Shown piece after piece: positions 1-10,204 of a DNA stretch of 64,000 nt. The DNA lies in the NCBI GenBank assembly GCA_001778985.1, contig MFIU01000004.1, forward strand, positions 3,067 through 67,066, written 5' to 3'. Each line of letters begins with the position of its first letter. The first letter of the stretch is position 1. Source of the stretch: Candidatus Giovannonibacteria bacterium RIFOXYD1_FULL_48_21. GTDB taxonomy: Bacteria; Patescibacteriota; Minisyncoccia; JACPKW01; UBA11713. A program made the position numbers and the translations under genes. The notes under the pieces were generated by a model, which worked only from the letters and a program-made list of their open reading frames with translations, was not told the origin of the DNA and searched no databases.

Positions 1-312
1 CTTAAAAAAATCATGAACCCAAATATAAAAATGAATTTCGCCGCCATCCCCCACAATTTCCAAAGAAAACCAGGCCGTGATCCATCCGTTCCAGTAACGT
101 TCAATCAAATTACCTTTTCGGTAAGTGCCGTGAATGCCAGCGAAAATGCTTTCCATGGCCTGGGGACTTTTGGCAACATCCCTTGGGATTTTAATTTCAA
201 GAACAATGTAATTTCTTTTGAAAATAGCGAAAGCGCGGACATACCTAACCCATGTCTCCCAAAATAATAAAGCGAGTATAAACGGCACCCATAAAAACCA
301 GGTATCTCCCAA
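1..312 (-). CDS. hypothetical membrane-anchored protein, N-terminal part (gene runs off window start)
   Basis: Minus-strand open frame continuing past position 1. Translation ...LYWLGDTWFLWVPFILALLFWETWVRYVRAFAIFKRNYIVLEIKIPRDV... has one TM helix then a soluble domain. Possible TTG start near 312 with AGGGAGG-like RBS at 325-331. Preferred over the + ORF 13..267. Confidence 0.35.
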   Translation of the reverse strand, partial: MGDTWFLWVPFILALLFWETWVRYVRAFAIFKRNYIVLEIKIPRDVAKSPQAMESIFAGIHGTYRKGNLIERYWNGWITAWFSLEIVGDGGEIHFYIWVHDFFK

Positions 313-340
313 CCAATAAAGCACCTCCCTTACAACCGGA

Positions 341-1378
341 TCATTTAAGAGAATATTTACCATCAGCGAGCTTTTTGAAATATTGTTTGTTCTCCAAATT
401 GATGAATATCGTATTGGGCTTTACAAAACGCTGTTTCAAAACAGCTGTTATGACTTTTTCTTTGACCATTGGTCCGCCTTTTCCTAAAATATCGGAAATA
501 ACATCTTTAACAACTCCGGCGGTATAACCCCAATCTTTAAGCGCGTAGAGACCTCTCCCTACCAAAACAAATCTCCCGTCTTTTATAAGCTCGTTATGCA
601 CTGTCTGCGTATGCACCGGTTTACCGACAAGCTTACCGATCTGGTCAGCCACCGCGGAAAAATGCAAAGGCTTTCCATTACGGGTCAAAACCATGTGCGA
701 AAGATCTCTCACTCCGCGCGGTTTGATTTCCGGAAACTCCACCAAGCCCCATTGGTCAAAATAATTTTTAGAAATCATCTTTGAAAGCATCAGCCAATTA
801 GCAAGCACCCCTTGGTTTGCGGAGGCCAACTCTCCGGCATTTTTAGCGGAAGAAGAAATTATTTCAAAAAGCTGTGGTTCCGTCACCGGTTTGCCTATTG
901 CTCTAAGCTTATCCACCGCGCCTCGGAGCGCGTGCTTCGCGGTATCATGGGCCTCCTCGCCGTAAGTCCAGCGCTCATGGAGTTCGTCCGACTCGTGAAA
1001 TCTTTCAAAGGGGGCGTGTAAAGAAAGCAAAAAGTAAATATGATTTTCGTGTTTGGGATGAGGCGCCAAAGCTTTCAAGATTTTGTCTTCTTTTATCACC
1101 CTGCCCTCTTGTTCAAAATAATTTTCCAAAGACGCAAAAACTTCTTTAAGCTCGCCAAGCTGGGGAGATTTTCTGATGCGGCTGAAACCGTCCGCTTCTA
1201 TCTGGCGGACGCGTTCGCGGGTAATGCCGTATTTCTGGCCAATGGCTTCAAGGGTCATCCTTTTAGGGTTTTTGCCCAAACCAAAACGCTGCTCCAAAAT
1301 ATCTTTGGTCCTTTTGGGAATAGCTGTAAACAGCCTTTTAGTGGCCTCTTCCGGATGAACCGGCAACTGATAATTCAT
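341..1378 (-). CDS. sigma-70 region-4-like HTH domain protein with large C-terminal domain (CPR-type DNA-binding protein)
   Basis: N-terminal segment LEAIGQKYGITRERVRQIEADGFSRIRK matches the sigma-70 region 4 HTH signature. ATG at 1378 (MNYQLPV...) is more plausible than the TTG at 1420. It lies 13 nt downstream of a TTGACA-17-TAGTAT promoter. Confidence 0.55.
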   Translation of the reverse strand: MNYQLPVHPEEATKRLFTAIPKRTKDILEQRFGLGKNPKRMTLEAIGQKYGITRERVRQIEADGFSRIRKSPQLGELKEVFASLENYFEQEGRVIKEDKILKALAPHPKHENHIYFLLSLHAPFERFHESDELHERWTYGEEAHDTAKHALRGAVDKLRAIGKPVTEPQLFEIISSSAKNAGELASANQGVLANWLMLSKMISKNYFDQWGLVEFPEIKPRGVRDLSHMVLTRNGKPLHFSAVADQIGKLVGKPVHTQTVHNELIKDGRFVLVGRGLYALKDWGYTAGVVKDVISDILGKGGPMVKEKVITAVLKQRFVKPNTIFINLENKQYFKKLADGKYSLK

Positions 1379-1388
1379 AATTGTTATA

Positions 1389-1464
1389 ATTATACTAGCA
1401 AACCTCACAAAATCTGTCAAACCCCGTTAGAAATTATACAAAATGTAAATAGCGACAGGGGTTT
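1389..1464 (-). promoter_or_regulatory. promoter (-35 TTGACA at 1415-1420, -10 at 1389-1397) with abutting upstream CCCCGTTAGAAAT motif (1421-1435) and partial inverted partner (1454-1464)
   Basis: Minus strand reads ATTTCTAACGGGGTTTGACA-17 nt-TAGTAT, then ATG at 1378. Confidence 0.5.
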
Positions 1465-1769
1465 ATCAATTCCGTATAGTCATTTGCTTAATAATAACTC
1501 TACAATAATTTCTATATGGGGTCAAATTAAGCGTAGCAAGAAGGTGAAAAAGCTGTCAAGGTTTCTATAAAATTCTCTTTAGCCGCGCGCCAGTATATCT
1601 TTTTTGCTTAGGTTCATTCTTTTGCGATCGCTGAAGTATGAACCATTTTTGAATTTATAGTTTCAACGCTATAGCTGTCAGATTGCAAATTGGAAAACTA
1701 CCAAAAAAACCAGCTAAACAACTATCTCCAACCACTAGCCAGTGTAAAAGTTTTTATGAGAAGTGATGA

Positions 1770-2960
1770 TTAAGCCCCTAAAATGCCTTCGCTGAAGCGG
1801 TTTTCGGTGCCGATGAAAATGCCTTTTTTGCGCAAAGAAAAGCTCTCCAAAATTCCCAGCGCCCAAAAAAGGCTGATGAGGCTTGATCCGCCATAAGAGA
1901 GAAATGGCATCCCCAAGCCGGTTATCGGCAATACGCCCGAATTCATGCCGATATGAATCGCGGACTGAAAAAGCAGTAAAATCGCGAGCCCCGCCGCGTA
2001 AAGTTTTTCAAAATTTGATTCTCCGTAAATTCCAGCCCGCAGAACGCGCCAGATGATAATACTGAAAAAAAACAATAAAAATACGACGCCGAGAAAACCC
2101 CATTCTTCCGCGAAAGCCGCGAAAATAAAATCGGTTTCATGTTCCGGTAAAAATTCCAGCCGCGATTGGGTGCCAAAGCCTATGCCTTTTCCAAAAATTT
2201 CCCCCGAACCTATAGCGATAACCGACTGCTGGGCGTGATAACCCGCTCCACGGATGTCGCCTTGCGGATTTATAAAAGCGGTAATCCTTGTTTTTTGATA
2301 AGGCAATAAAAAAAAGTTCCAAGCGACAGTTGTTATCAATAAACCAGTAAAAAACAAAACAATGAGATGGCGCAGTTTTATTCCGCCAACTAAAGCCATG
2401 CCCAGCCAAATTGCTCCCAAAACAATTGCTGACCCCAAATCCGGCTGCAACATCACCAACGCCATCGGCACAGCCACATAAACGAACGAAATAAAGAGAT
2501 GCACGAATCTGGCAATCTCAACATGTCTTTTAGAAAAATATTTTGCCAAAATTAAAACCGAAACAGGTTTTAAGAGTTCCACCGGCTCAATGGTCACTCC
2601 GCCGATCTTGAGCCAGCTGGCGGCGCCTTTCACAGCATACCCTGTCAAAATCAAAAAAATAAGCGCGCCAACCAAAATAAAATATAAAATAAGCAAAAAA
2701 ATGCTGTTTGTTTTAAGGAAACTCCAATCGATAAAAATCGCGCTCATGAAAAATACCGCAGCCCCGGCCGATGCCCAAATAATTTGCCGGATAAAAAAAT
2801 AATCCTCGCCCAGACTCGGCCCGCTTAGCCCAAGCGAGGCGAGCGAGGCTGGCCCTCCTGCGCCGAATGATTTCATCGTGGCAAGCCCCAAAAGAACAAG
2901 CATCAGCGCCGCCAAAAGTAGAGTCCAATCAAGACTCCTCCACATGCGGCTGGGGTTCAT
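1770..2960 (-). CDS. ftsW: SEDS-family peptidoglycan polymerase FtsW/RodA
   Basis: Polytopic membrane protein with the C-terminal LPITGLGMPFLSYGGSSL motif diagnostic of FtsW/RodA/SpoVE. Start set to the internal ATG (MNPSRMW) abutting the upstream gene stop. Confidence 0.8.
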   Translation of the reverse strand: MNPSRMWRSLDWTLLLAALMLVLLGLATMKSFGAGGPASLASLGLSGPSLGEDYFFIRQIIWASAGAAVFFMSAIFIDWSFLKTNSIFLLILYFILVGALIFLILTGYAVKGAASWLKIGGVTIEPVELLKPVSVLILAKYFSKRHVEIARFVHLFISFVYVAVPMALVMLQPDLGSAIVLGAIWLGMALVGGIKLRHLIVLFFTGLLITTVAWNFFLLPYQKTRITAFINPQGDIRGAGYHAQQSVIAIGSGEIFGKGIGFGTQSRLEFLPEHETDFIFAAFAEEWGFLGVVFLLFFFSIIIWRVLRAGIYGESNFEKLYAAGLAILLLFQSAIHIGMNSGVLPITGLGMPFLSYGGSSLISLFWALGILESFSLRKKGIFIGTENRFSEGILGA

Positions 2961-3739
2961 GGTGTTTGTCTTAATAAAATATCCGCGCGCAAAACTCCGC
3001 TTATGGCCTGTGGCCATGTAAATACCATATTTTTCTCTTCGCCGATGTCTAAGCGATTTAGCAAAGTTTTGGATACCCCTAAAACCTCTCCTTCTTGGCT
3101 AAGAAGTATAGCTCCTATTTCAATATTTTTATAAATTTGGTTCTCTTGATTTTTAATTCTTACCCCCAGACGCGGCGAAGATGAATCTTGAAGCAAGATA
3201 TCTCTTTGTAAAATATCTATTTTTAATGGCCGCGCTTCTCCTGCTTCCCAAGCAACTTCGCGCATTTCCAACAAAACTCTTTTTGGTACGCGATTTTCCG
3301 CCAGAATATTTGGCTCAAAAATTAAAAATTTCTCTCCAGACCAAATAAAAGTGCTGTTCTCGCGTACAGCGATAAGCACGCCGTTTTCATCATAAAGCTT
3401 AAAAGCGTAGACGAATTTCCCAGTTTTTAAAAATTGATTGCTGTTTTCTAAAAGCGCAGCTGCATCATACACTCCCTGGCGCGTCTGGAAAAAACGCGTC
3501 CATAAAATCGTGAGGTCGTGAATTTGCTCGGAGCAGGAGGCGCAGCGTGCTTCGGCGCCTCCGCAATCAATTCCTTCTTCGTCTTGATTTTTGCGATTAT
3601 CAAAACAGGTTGGCTCCGGCCGGAAATAATAAATCAGCCCGCCGACAATCAAAAAAATCACAGCTGCGAAAAGCACGAAAACCCAGAGCTGCCTCCTAAG
3701 TCCCCAAGAAAAAATCGGCATAGAATAAGTATATAACAA
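2957..3739 (-). CDS. hypothetical N-terminally membrane-anchored protein with Cys cluster (CFDNRKNQDEEGIDCGG...CASC)
   Basis: Long ORF in operon position between ftsW and the amidase gene neighbourhood. One TM helix. No recognisable family. Confidence 0.5.
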   Translation of the reverse strand: MLYTYSMPIFSWGLRRQLWVFVLFAAVIFLIVGGLIYYFRPEPTCFDNRKNQDEEGIDCGGAEARCASCSEQIHDLTILWTRFFQTRQGVYDAAALLENSNQFLKTGKFVYAFKLYDENGVLIAVRENSTFIWSGEKFLIFEPNILAENRVPKRVLLEMREVAWEAGEARPLKIDILQRDILLQDSSSPRLGVRIKNQENQIYKNIEIGAILLSQEGEVLGVSKTLLNRLDIGEEKNMVFTWPQAISGVLRADILLRQTP

Positions 3740-3759
3740 ACCTGCTATAATAAAAAATA

Positions 3760-4674
3760 ATGCTTAAACACGCAAAACTAGTAATATTGGCAATTTTAAT
3801 ACTAATAGTTGCGTATTATTTTGATATCGCCCGCGTCGGCACGACCGCTTATTATTTGGCGGGAGTATTTTTTGGAAAAGAAGTGCGCGCCGAAGAGCTT
3901 CTGGAAAAATATAAAAATGGCGAGGTAAAAATTTTAATAGTCCCCGGGCACGATAAAAAAAATTATGGCGCACAATACCGAGGGGTAACCGAAGCAAGTT
4001 TAAACGCCGAGCTGGGAAATTATTTATTTGATTCTTTGCGAAACAACGGAAAATTTTCCGTTTTTATCACGAATAACAGCAGCGGAGAACGCAACGATTG
4101 GATTTTGGATTACGTAAAAAGCCAGAACACGGCAATCGCCGCGTTTAAAGAAAAAGTGAAAACTATTTTTAAAAACGCCGTCAAAATCGGAGCGGTAACA
4201 AAAGAAACAAAAGTTTTTCATAACCCGGCCGCGGACAACATTTCACAAATTCTTTACGGCATAAATAAATGGGCAAACGACAATGGCATGGATATCGTGC
4301 TCCACATACATTTTAACGACTATCCAGGCAGAACATACGATATGCCCGGCAAATACAAAGGGTTCGCGATATACGTGCCGGACAACCAATTCCCCAACGG
4401 AAAAGCAAGTATGGAGATCGCGGGGTTTATAAAAAACGAACTTGAGAAAATTGTCAAAGAAAGTAATTTCCCTGGAGAAAAAGATGTTCTTATAGAAGAC
4501 CAGCAGCTGATCGCAGTGGGCTCAAACGCTTCCCGGGAAGGCGTTTCATTATTAATAGAATACGGGTATATTTACGAATCTAAATTGTTAAATAAAGATT
4601 TGCGGCCGTTTGTGCTGCGCGAATTAGCCGAAGCAACACATAGGGGCCTCGCGAATTTTTTCAAAAAATATTAA
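3760..4674 (+). CDS. N-acetylmuramoyl-L-alanine amidase-like (Amidase_3-type) cell-wall hydrolase
   Basis: N-terminal anchor. ILIVPGHD...TEASLN...IVLHIHFND spacing resembles the Zn-ligand H/E/H pattern of Amidase_3. Assignment from motif recall only. Confidence 0.5.
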   Translation: MLKHAKLVILAILILIVAYYFDIARVGTTAYYLAGVFFGKEVRAEELLEKYKNGEVKILIVPGHDKKNYGAQYRGVTEASLNAELGNYLFDSLRNNGKFSVFITNNSSGERNDWILDYVKSQNTAIAAFKEKVKTIFKNAVKIGAVTKETKVFHNPAADNISQILYGINKWANDNGMDIVLHIHFNDYPGRTYDMPGKYKGFAIYVPDNQFPNGKASMEIAGFIKNELEKIVKESNFPGEKDVLIEDQQLIAVGSNASREGVSLLIEYGYIYESKLLNKDLRPFVLRELAEATHRGLANFFKKY

Positions 4675-4841
4675 ATCCTTTCAACCGGCGGCTAGCTCCC
4701 CCCGAGGAAGTATCACCCGCCTGCAACGCTATGTGTAGCATTGCGGGCAGGTCGCCACTACCGCGTTTTACCTGCCTCGCGTTGACGCGAGTCAAAGCGG
4801 GCTTCTCTGTCCCCGCACTAAAAATTTTAGACACTAAGTAT

Positions 4842-4968
4842 GGGCGGCTGCCTACTTTCCCCAAAAATGAGTATCATCGGCAGTACAGCGTTTTACTTCT
4901 CTGTTCGGAATGGCCCGCTTCGCCGAAGCGAGGCGAGGAAGAGGTAGTTCCACTGCCTCAAGCCACCC
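4842..4968 (-). rRNA. rrf: 5S rRNA
   Basis: Minus strand reads GGGUGGCUUGAGGCAGUGGAACUACC...CAUUCCGAACAGAGAAGUAAAACGCUGUACUGCCGAUGAUACUCAUUUUUGGGGAAAGUAGGCAGCCGCC. Loop C and the loop E-helix IV core match bacterial 5S. The ends pair (GGUGGCU/AGCCGCC). Contains an extra CGCUUCGGCGAAGCG hairpin. Confidence 0.8.
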
Positions 4969-5128
4969 AAACTTAATGTCCAAATTTTTAAAATTTCAGT
5001 GCGGGGCGGGTCGGAATGTTCCCGATTTGCCCACAAGTCCGCCAGCTGGCGGACGAGTGGCTGCAAATCGCAATCCCGCGAGTCATTCTGATGACTTTGC
5101 GGGAGGAAGACCTGCCTGCCGGCAGGCA

Positions 5129-5160
5129 GGCAGGGGTAGTTCCACGGCGCCAAGCCACCG
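5129..5160 (-). repeat. partial duplicate of the 5S rRNA 5' end in the 23S-5S spacer
   Basis: GGUGGCUUGGCGCCGUGGAACUACCCCUGCC matches GGUGGCUUGAGGCAGUGGAACUACCUCUUCC (about 24/31). It is followed by the palindrome CCTGCCTGCCGGCAGGCAGG. Confidence 0.6.
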
Positions 5161-5313
5161 AATGAAAAGATTTAATTTCGTAAGCACATTTTCTAACAAG
5201 ACGGCTCGATCTATTAGTACTCCTCGGCTGAAATCCTTGCGGATCTTACACCTGGAGCCTATCAACGTGGTAGTCTTCCACGGATCTGATAACGATTCCT
5301 AATCTTGGGGCGT

Positions 5314-5344
<31 letters not shown>

Positions 5345-6130
5345 ACTCAACGACATAGCTACCCTGCGGTGCTCCTGGCGGAACAGCAGGTAGACCAGAG
5401 GTCGCCTCCTTCCGGTCCTCTCGTACTAGGAAGAACCCCCCTCAAGAATCAACGAGTGCAGTAGATAGGAGACCAACCTGTCTCACGACGGTCTGAACCC
5501 AGCTCACGTACCTTTTTAATTGGCGAACAGCCAAACCCTTGGGAGCTTCTCCACCCCCAGGATAAGATGAGCCGACATCGAGGTGCCGAACTCCGCCGTC
5601 GATATGGACTCTTGGGCGGAACTAGCCTGTTATCCCCGGAGTAGCTTTTATCCGTTAATCTTCCACCGGTCCTACACCGAATGGTCGGTTCACTAGATTC
5701 TGCTTTCGCATCTGCTCGGCCTGACCGCCTCGCAGTTAAGCCGGCTTGTCCTCTTACAGGTCCAGCGCGATTTCCATCCGCGCTAAGCCGACCTTGATAA
5801 ACCCCTCCGTTACCTTTTAGGAGGGTTGCGCCCCACACAAACTGCCCACCAGACACTGTCCCCAAACGTTTTCTCCGTCGAGGTTAGAATATAAGTCCTT
5901 TAAGATGGGTATTTCACTGGTGACTCCGTCCCGCCCGAGAGCAGGACTTCAAAGTCTCCCCACTATGCTACGCATAAAAAATTCATACCCAATATCAAGT
6001 TGCAGTAAAGCTTCCGGGGTCTTTTCGTCTAACTGCACCTAACCGGCATCTTCACCGGTATTGTATTTTCACCGAGCGAATCCTCGAGACAGTCCCCCAG
6101 TCGTTACGCCTTTCGTGCGCGTCGGAACTC

Positions 6131-6861
6131 CATGTTAATCCACTATTTCTAATGGCACAGACTATATCTTCATCTCAACGTCTTGAGAATATCTTTTTGA
6201 CTATATTTTCTTTTGCCGCTTGGATTCATTTTGCAAGCAATCATGACTATCTTTTTTAATCCTGACACTCTTCGATGTTTCCCTTTCTTCATAAGGCGGC
6301 AAACTTGTCTGAATCGATAAAAATCTTTTATCTTTGGAGACAAGAGCGGATACTTCTCGAAATGTGGTATTACGCGGTCGATCAAATCGTTAAGACTTCT
6401 TACTTCATATTTAAGAGTCTTATCCGAAAGATCTCGTCGCATAAATCCGCACCCAAGAGTTTTCTGTATGAGATAAAGGACGTTGGCCCTTTCTTCATTC
6501 TGACTTATAGATAAACTTGGTTTGGTTTCCCATCCTACCAAGAATTTCTTTCGTCTTGAGAAAGATACACAAAAACTTCCTTCACCATCTACATATCCAG
6601 ATATATACTCGCGATAATTTCTCTTTTTGTTGAGAGCCGGCATGTTATAGATTCATTATACTACAAATCTATCTAGGTCGCCATTGATTAACGGCGACCT
6701 AAGTCGTTACGGGGTCAATCTCGACGCTATGGTCGGGACGACTTCCCACGGTATTATCCTGCCTTCATTGCTTGAGCCTTGTTACTCAAACTCCAGCGAG
6801 AACTTCACCGTTATAAGCCGGTGTTTCATTGCGGCATCGCTGCCGCATCGGGCAACTTCCT
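6131..6861 (-). mobile_element. group I intron in 23S rRNA at the E. coli ~1917 site (GUCGGGU | intron | GAGUUCCGAC)
   Basis: Exon sequence CCUUGUCGGGU...GAGUUCCGACGCGCACGAAAGGCG is contiguous with E. coli GUCGGGUAAGUUCCGACCUGCACGAAUGGCG once 731 nt are removed. The 5' exon ends in U and the insert ends in G. The insert carries a LAGLIDADG ORF on the rRNA strand. Confidence 0.75.
6170..6643 (-). CDS. LAGLIDADG homing endonuclease (single-motif, I-CreI-like)
   Basis: 157-aa ORF inside the 23S intron with YISGYVDGEGSF (the LAGLIDADG motif) near the N-terminus. Confidence 0.8.
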   Translation of the reverse strand: MPALNKKRNYREYISGYVDGEGSFCVSFSRRKKFLVGWETKPSLSISQNEERANVLYLIQKTLGCGFMRRDLSDKTLKYEVRSLNDLIDRVIPHFEKYPLLSPKIKDFYRFRQVCRLMKKGKHRRVSGLKKIVMIACKMNPSGKRKYSQKDILKTLR

Positions 6862-6878
6862 CACCCGACAAGGAATTG

Positions 6879-6914
<36 letters not shown>

Positions 6915-8440
6915 GACGAGGGCTTCGGACAGTCAGCCCCTCGACTCGGTGCTATGCACCTCGCTCGGGGTAAACCCTAGAAATCCAGGATTTATCCTGA
7001 GTGAGATACGCAGTATCGAATCGAAGGACCGCCATCGTTAACCTTCTCGCATTGGTCAGGCGTCACCCCCTATACATCCTCTTACGAGTTCGCAGGGAGC
7101 TGTGTTTTTGATAAACAGTCGCCAGGGGTACTTTCGCTGCGCCCCGCCTGCCATATATTTCTATACGTTGGCGGGGAGGCCTTATTCCGAAGTTACGGCC
7201 GCTTTTTTGCCGAGTTCCTTGAGGATCTCTCACTCGTTCGCCTGAGGCTACTCGCCTCACCCACCTGTGTCGGTTTTCGGTACGGTTTCCCTCTTCATAA
7301 TCTTAGAAGCTTTTCTAGGAAGGCTGCTTTGTTCCATTTCCTCCGCCGAGGCGGAAAATTTTTGCTCGACTAAGAGTTGCCAAAAGGCCGTCCCGAGATT
7401 TTCTACGGGACACTCCTCATCGCACAAACGCGAATCCAATAACACGCAGAACATACTAACCTTCGTCCCTTCATCGAAAAAGAAGGAAGTCACGGAATAT
7501 TAACCGTGTGTCCATTACCTGCGGCTTTCGCCATTGGCTTAGGACCGACTAACCCTTGGCTGACAATCATTGCCAAGGAAACCTTAGGTTTGCGGCGTGC
7601 CGGTTTTTCACCGGCATTGTGGTTACTTGTGCCAACATTCTCACTTCCCAGCGCTCCATCCCGGCTCACGCCGTGGACTTCACTGCACTAGGAACGCTCT
7701 CCTACCCCCCGCTTTACATTAATATTTCAAATGTTAGCGGAGCCTCACCTTCGGCACTCTCTTTAGTCCCGATTATCTGCGGCGCAAGGTCTCTTGACGA
7801 GTGAGCTGTTACGCACTCTTTGAAGGATGGCTGCTTCTAAGCCAACCTCCTCGCTGTCATTGAAACCTCACCGCCTCACTTACACTTAAGAGAGATTTTG
7901 GGGCCTTAGATTGAGATCTGGGCTGTTGCCCTCTCGACCGACGGAGCTTAGCCCCCGTAGTCTGACTGGCCGCCCAAAGCTACGCCATTCGGAGTTTGGT
8001 AGGTACGTCGAGATTTCTCCCTTTACGAACCTTCCAGTAGCTCTACCTGCGTAGTTGTAGCGGACGCTAGCCCAAAAGCTATTTCGGAGAGAACCAGCTA
8101 TTCCCAGGTTCGATTAGCTTTTCACTCCTACCCCCAACTCATCCGATAGCGTTGTACGACTAACCGGTGCGGACCTCCTCCCGCCTTTCGGCGGGATTCA
8201 TCCTGGCCAGGGGTAGCTCACCTGGCTTCGGGTCTATAGCAAACTGCAAACGCCCTATTAAGACTCGGTTTCCCTACGCCTCCTCCCGCTATAACGGAAT
8301 TAGACTAGCAGCGTACTATAACTCGTTGGCTCATTCTTCAATAGGCACCCCGTCACCCTGAACACGCTTGCGCGTGAACGGGCTCCGAGTCCTTGTAAGC
8401 ATATGGTTTCAGGTACTATTTCACCGCCCTCACCGGGCTG

Positions 8441-8479
<39 letters not shown>

Positions 8480-9237
8480 GTTTCGAAGTATTTAGCCTTA
8501 GGAGAGTAGTTCTCCCTGTTTCCTCCGAGCTTATCTTGTTCTCGAAGTACTCAAGAAAAAAGACAAGGAGCATAAAAGGTTTTTTAAGTACGGGGCTATT
8601 ACCCTCTTTGGCCGGCCTTTCCAGGGCCGTTCCCCTAAACAACTTCTATATTTCTAAACTCCCTTCCAGGAACATAGCTATACGCTCCGGAAAGTCTTTT
8701 TCTTACTACCCCCCGCCCACTAATCAAAAATAAATTCCTGAATAGTGAAGCGAGGTTTGGGCTTTTCCCCTTTCGCTCGCCGCTACTTAGGGAATGTCCC
8801 GCATTCCGCGGGATTGTTTTCTTTTCCTCTGGGTACTGAGATGTTTCACTTCCCCAGGTGCACGCAGTCCGAAGTTACTCGGAAAGCAATTCGACATTAC
8901 TCGAATTAGGTTACCCCATTCGGAAATCACCGGATCAAAGGTTGCTCGACACCTCCCCGATGCTTATCGCAGTCACGCCACGTCCTTCATCGTCTTCGAA
9001 ACCCTAGGCATCCACCATACGCTCTTATTTTCCGCTCCGATCTAAAAGCTCTCCAGCTTTAGATCAAAGTTATTTTTATACTTTATACATTGGTGCTCTT
9101 TAAATTTTTAAGGTTCTAACCTTATGAACTTATGAAAAAATCCGCCTAGAAGCGGACCTACATAGCGCAACTACGCGTGATTTTATCCGCTTCTATGTCT
9201 AAAGTTGATTAAATTAAGCCTCATAAGATTGTGCTTT

Positions 9238-9343
9238 CATTATAGTCCTGTCATTTGGCGCGTCAAGCCCCCGTTAGAAATCCGCCCTGTGAATAATTTC
9301 ACACGACGCCAGCCGCCCCAGGGCGGCTTATTTCTAACGGGGC
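9238..9343 (-). promoter_or_regulatory. rRNA operon promoter (-35 TTGACG 9261-9266, -10 TATAAT 9240-9245) with inverted pair of CCCCGTTAGAAAT motifs (9267-9289 and 9319-9343)
   Basis: Minus strand reads ATTTCTAACGGGGGC-TTGACG-16 nt-TATAAT about 190 nt upstream of the 23S 5' end. Half-sites CCCCGTTAGAAATCCGCCCTG and CAGGGCGGCTTATTTCTAACGGGG are long inverted repeats. Confidence 0.55.
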
Positions 9344-9363
9344 AAGCCCCTTGTGGAAAATGA

Positions 9364-9392
9364 AAACCGGCCGTTAAACGGCCGGTTTTCAA
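9364..9392 (-). terminator. intrinsic terminator hairpin (AAAACCGGCCGTTTAACGGCCGGTTTT)
   Basis: Perfect GC-rich stem followed by a T-run on the minus strand, immediately downstream of the 9413..10099 gene. Confidence 0.6.
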
Positions 9393-9412
9393 CTCTATCT
9401 AAGTAAGATTGA

Positions 9413-10099
9413 CTAGCGGTTTGAGATGTCCGAGCGCAGGCGATCGAGGTAGCGCGCCGCAGTTTCTTTCCCGCCTAACCCGAAAGCAAGTCCCAAGGCC
9501 AGGGCAAGCGCCGCGACCACGCCGGTGAAAAGCGTCTGAACCATCGGTCCCGCGATGCCAAGCTGGTATAGCGCCGCCAGGATCGCGAAGACCCAGATAG
9601 CCCATTTACTAACTCCGCCAAAGAAACCGGCCGAAGGAAGACTTGCCGCTTTCGCCGTTCCGGAAACCAACCTGCTAACCGCGTCCGCTATAAGTGCCGC
9701 CACCACCAAGATTAAAGCCGCCACGAAAACGTTCGGCAGATACAGCAACACCACTTCCTGCAGGAAAACGGTTACCTGAGAGAGGCCCAACACTTCTACC
9801 GTTGCCGCCAAGAAAACGATAATGAAGAACCATTTCACGAGTCCGCCGATGAAAGCGCCCGCGTCCAGGCGCATTCCGGCTCGCGATAACGGCTCTTCTA
9901 GGCCGATGGACTGGAGGGCTTTATCGACTTTCGCGGCGCGGATGATCTGGGCGATCACTTTGCCCAAGGCCATCGCTATCACCCAGCCGATTACAAAAAC
10001 AATAATAGCCACGATTAAACGCGGCACAAATCCGACCACTCCAGACCACAGATTTTGGAAAGATACCACTAAAACATCCCCCCAAGTTTGAACTAACAT
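9413..10099 (-). CDS. membrane protein with repeated conserved TM-helix units
   Basis: 228-aa hydrophobic ORF with repeated VxxxxxxxxxAAxILxxGW-type helices. No catalytic motifs. Confidence 0.5.
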   Translation of the reverse strand: MLVQTWGDVLVVSFQNLWSGVVGFVPRLIVAIIVFVIGWVIAMALGKVIAQIIRAAKVDKALQSIGLEEPLSRAGMRLDAGAFIGGLVKWFFIIVFLAATVEVLGLSQVTVFLQEVVLLYLPNVFVAALILVVAALIADAVSRLVSGTAKAASLPSAGFFGGVSKWAIWVFAILAALYQLGIAGPMVQTLFTGVVAALALALGLAFGLGGKETAARYLDRLRSDISNR

Positions 10100-10204
10100 A
10101 TATTATTTATTTTTTCCCCTATTTAGCCCTATAAAATTCCCTCGCGAGGAAATTTTGAGTCAAATTCGACCTTTGGGCTCAATTGGGTATATTATACCAC
10201 GACC

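Noticed and set aside
13-267. 84-aa plus-strand ORF at the window start
   Set aside because: The opposite strand carries a longer open frame running off the window, with a TM helix and RBS. The plus ORF has no signals.
1040-1570. 176-aa plus-strand ORF
   Set aside because: Antisense to the sigma-region-4 domain gene and extending into its promoter. No features.
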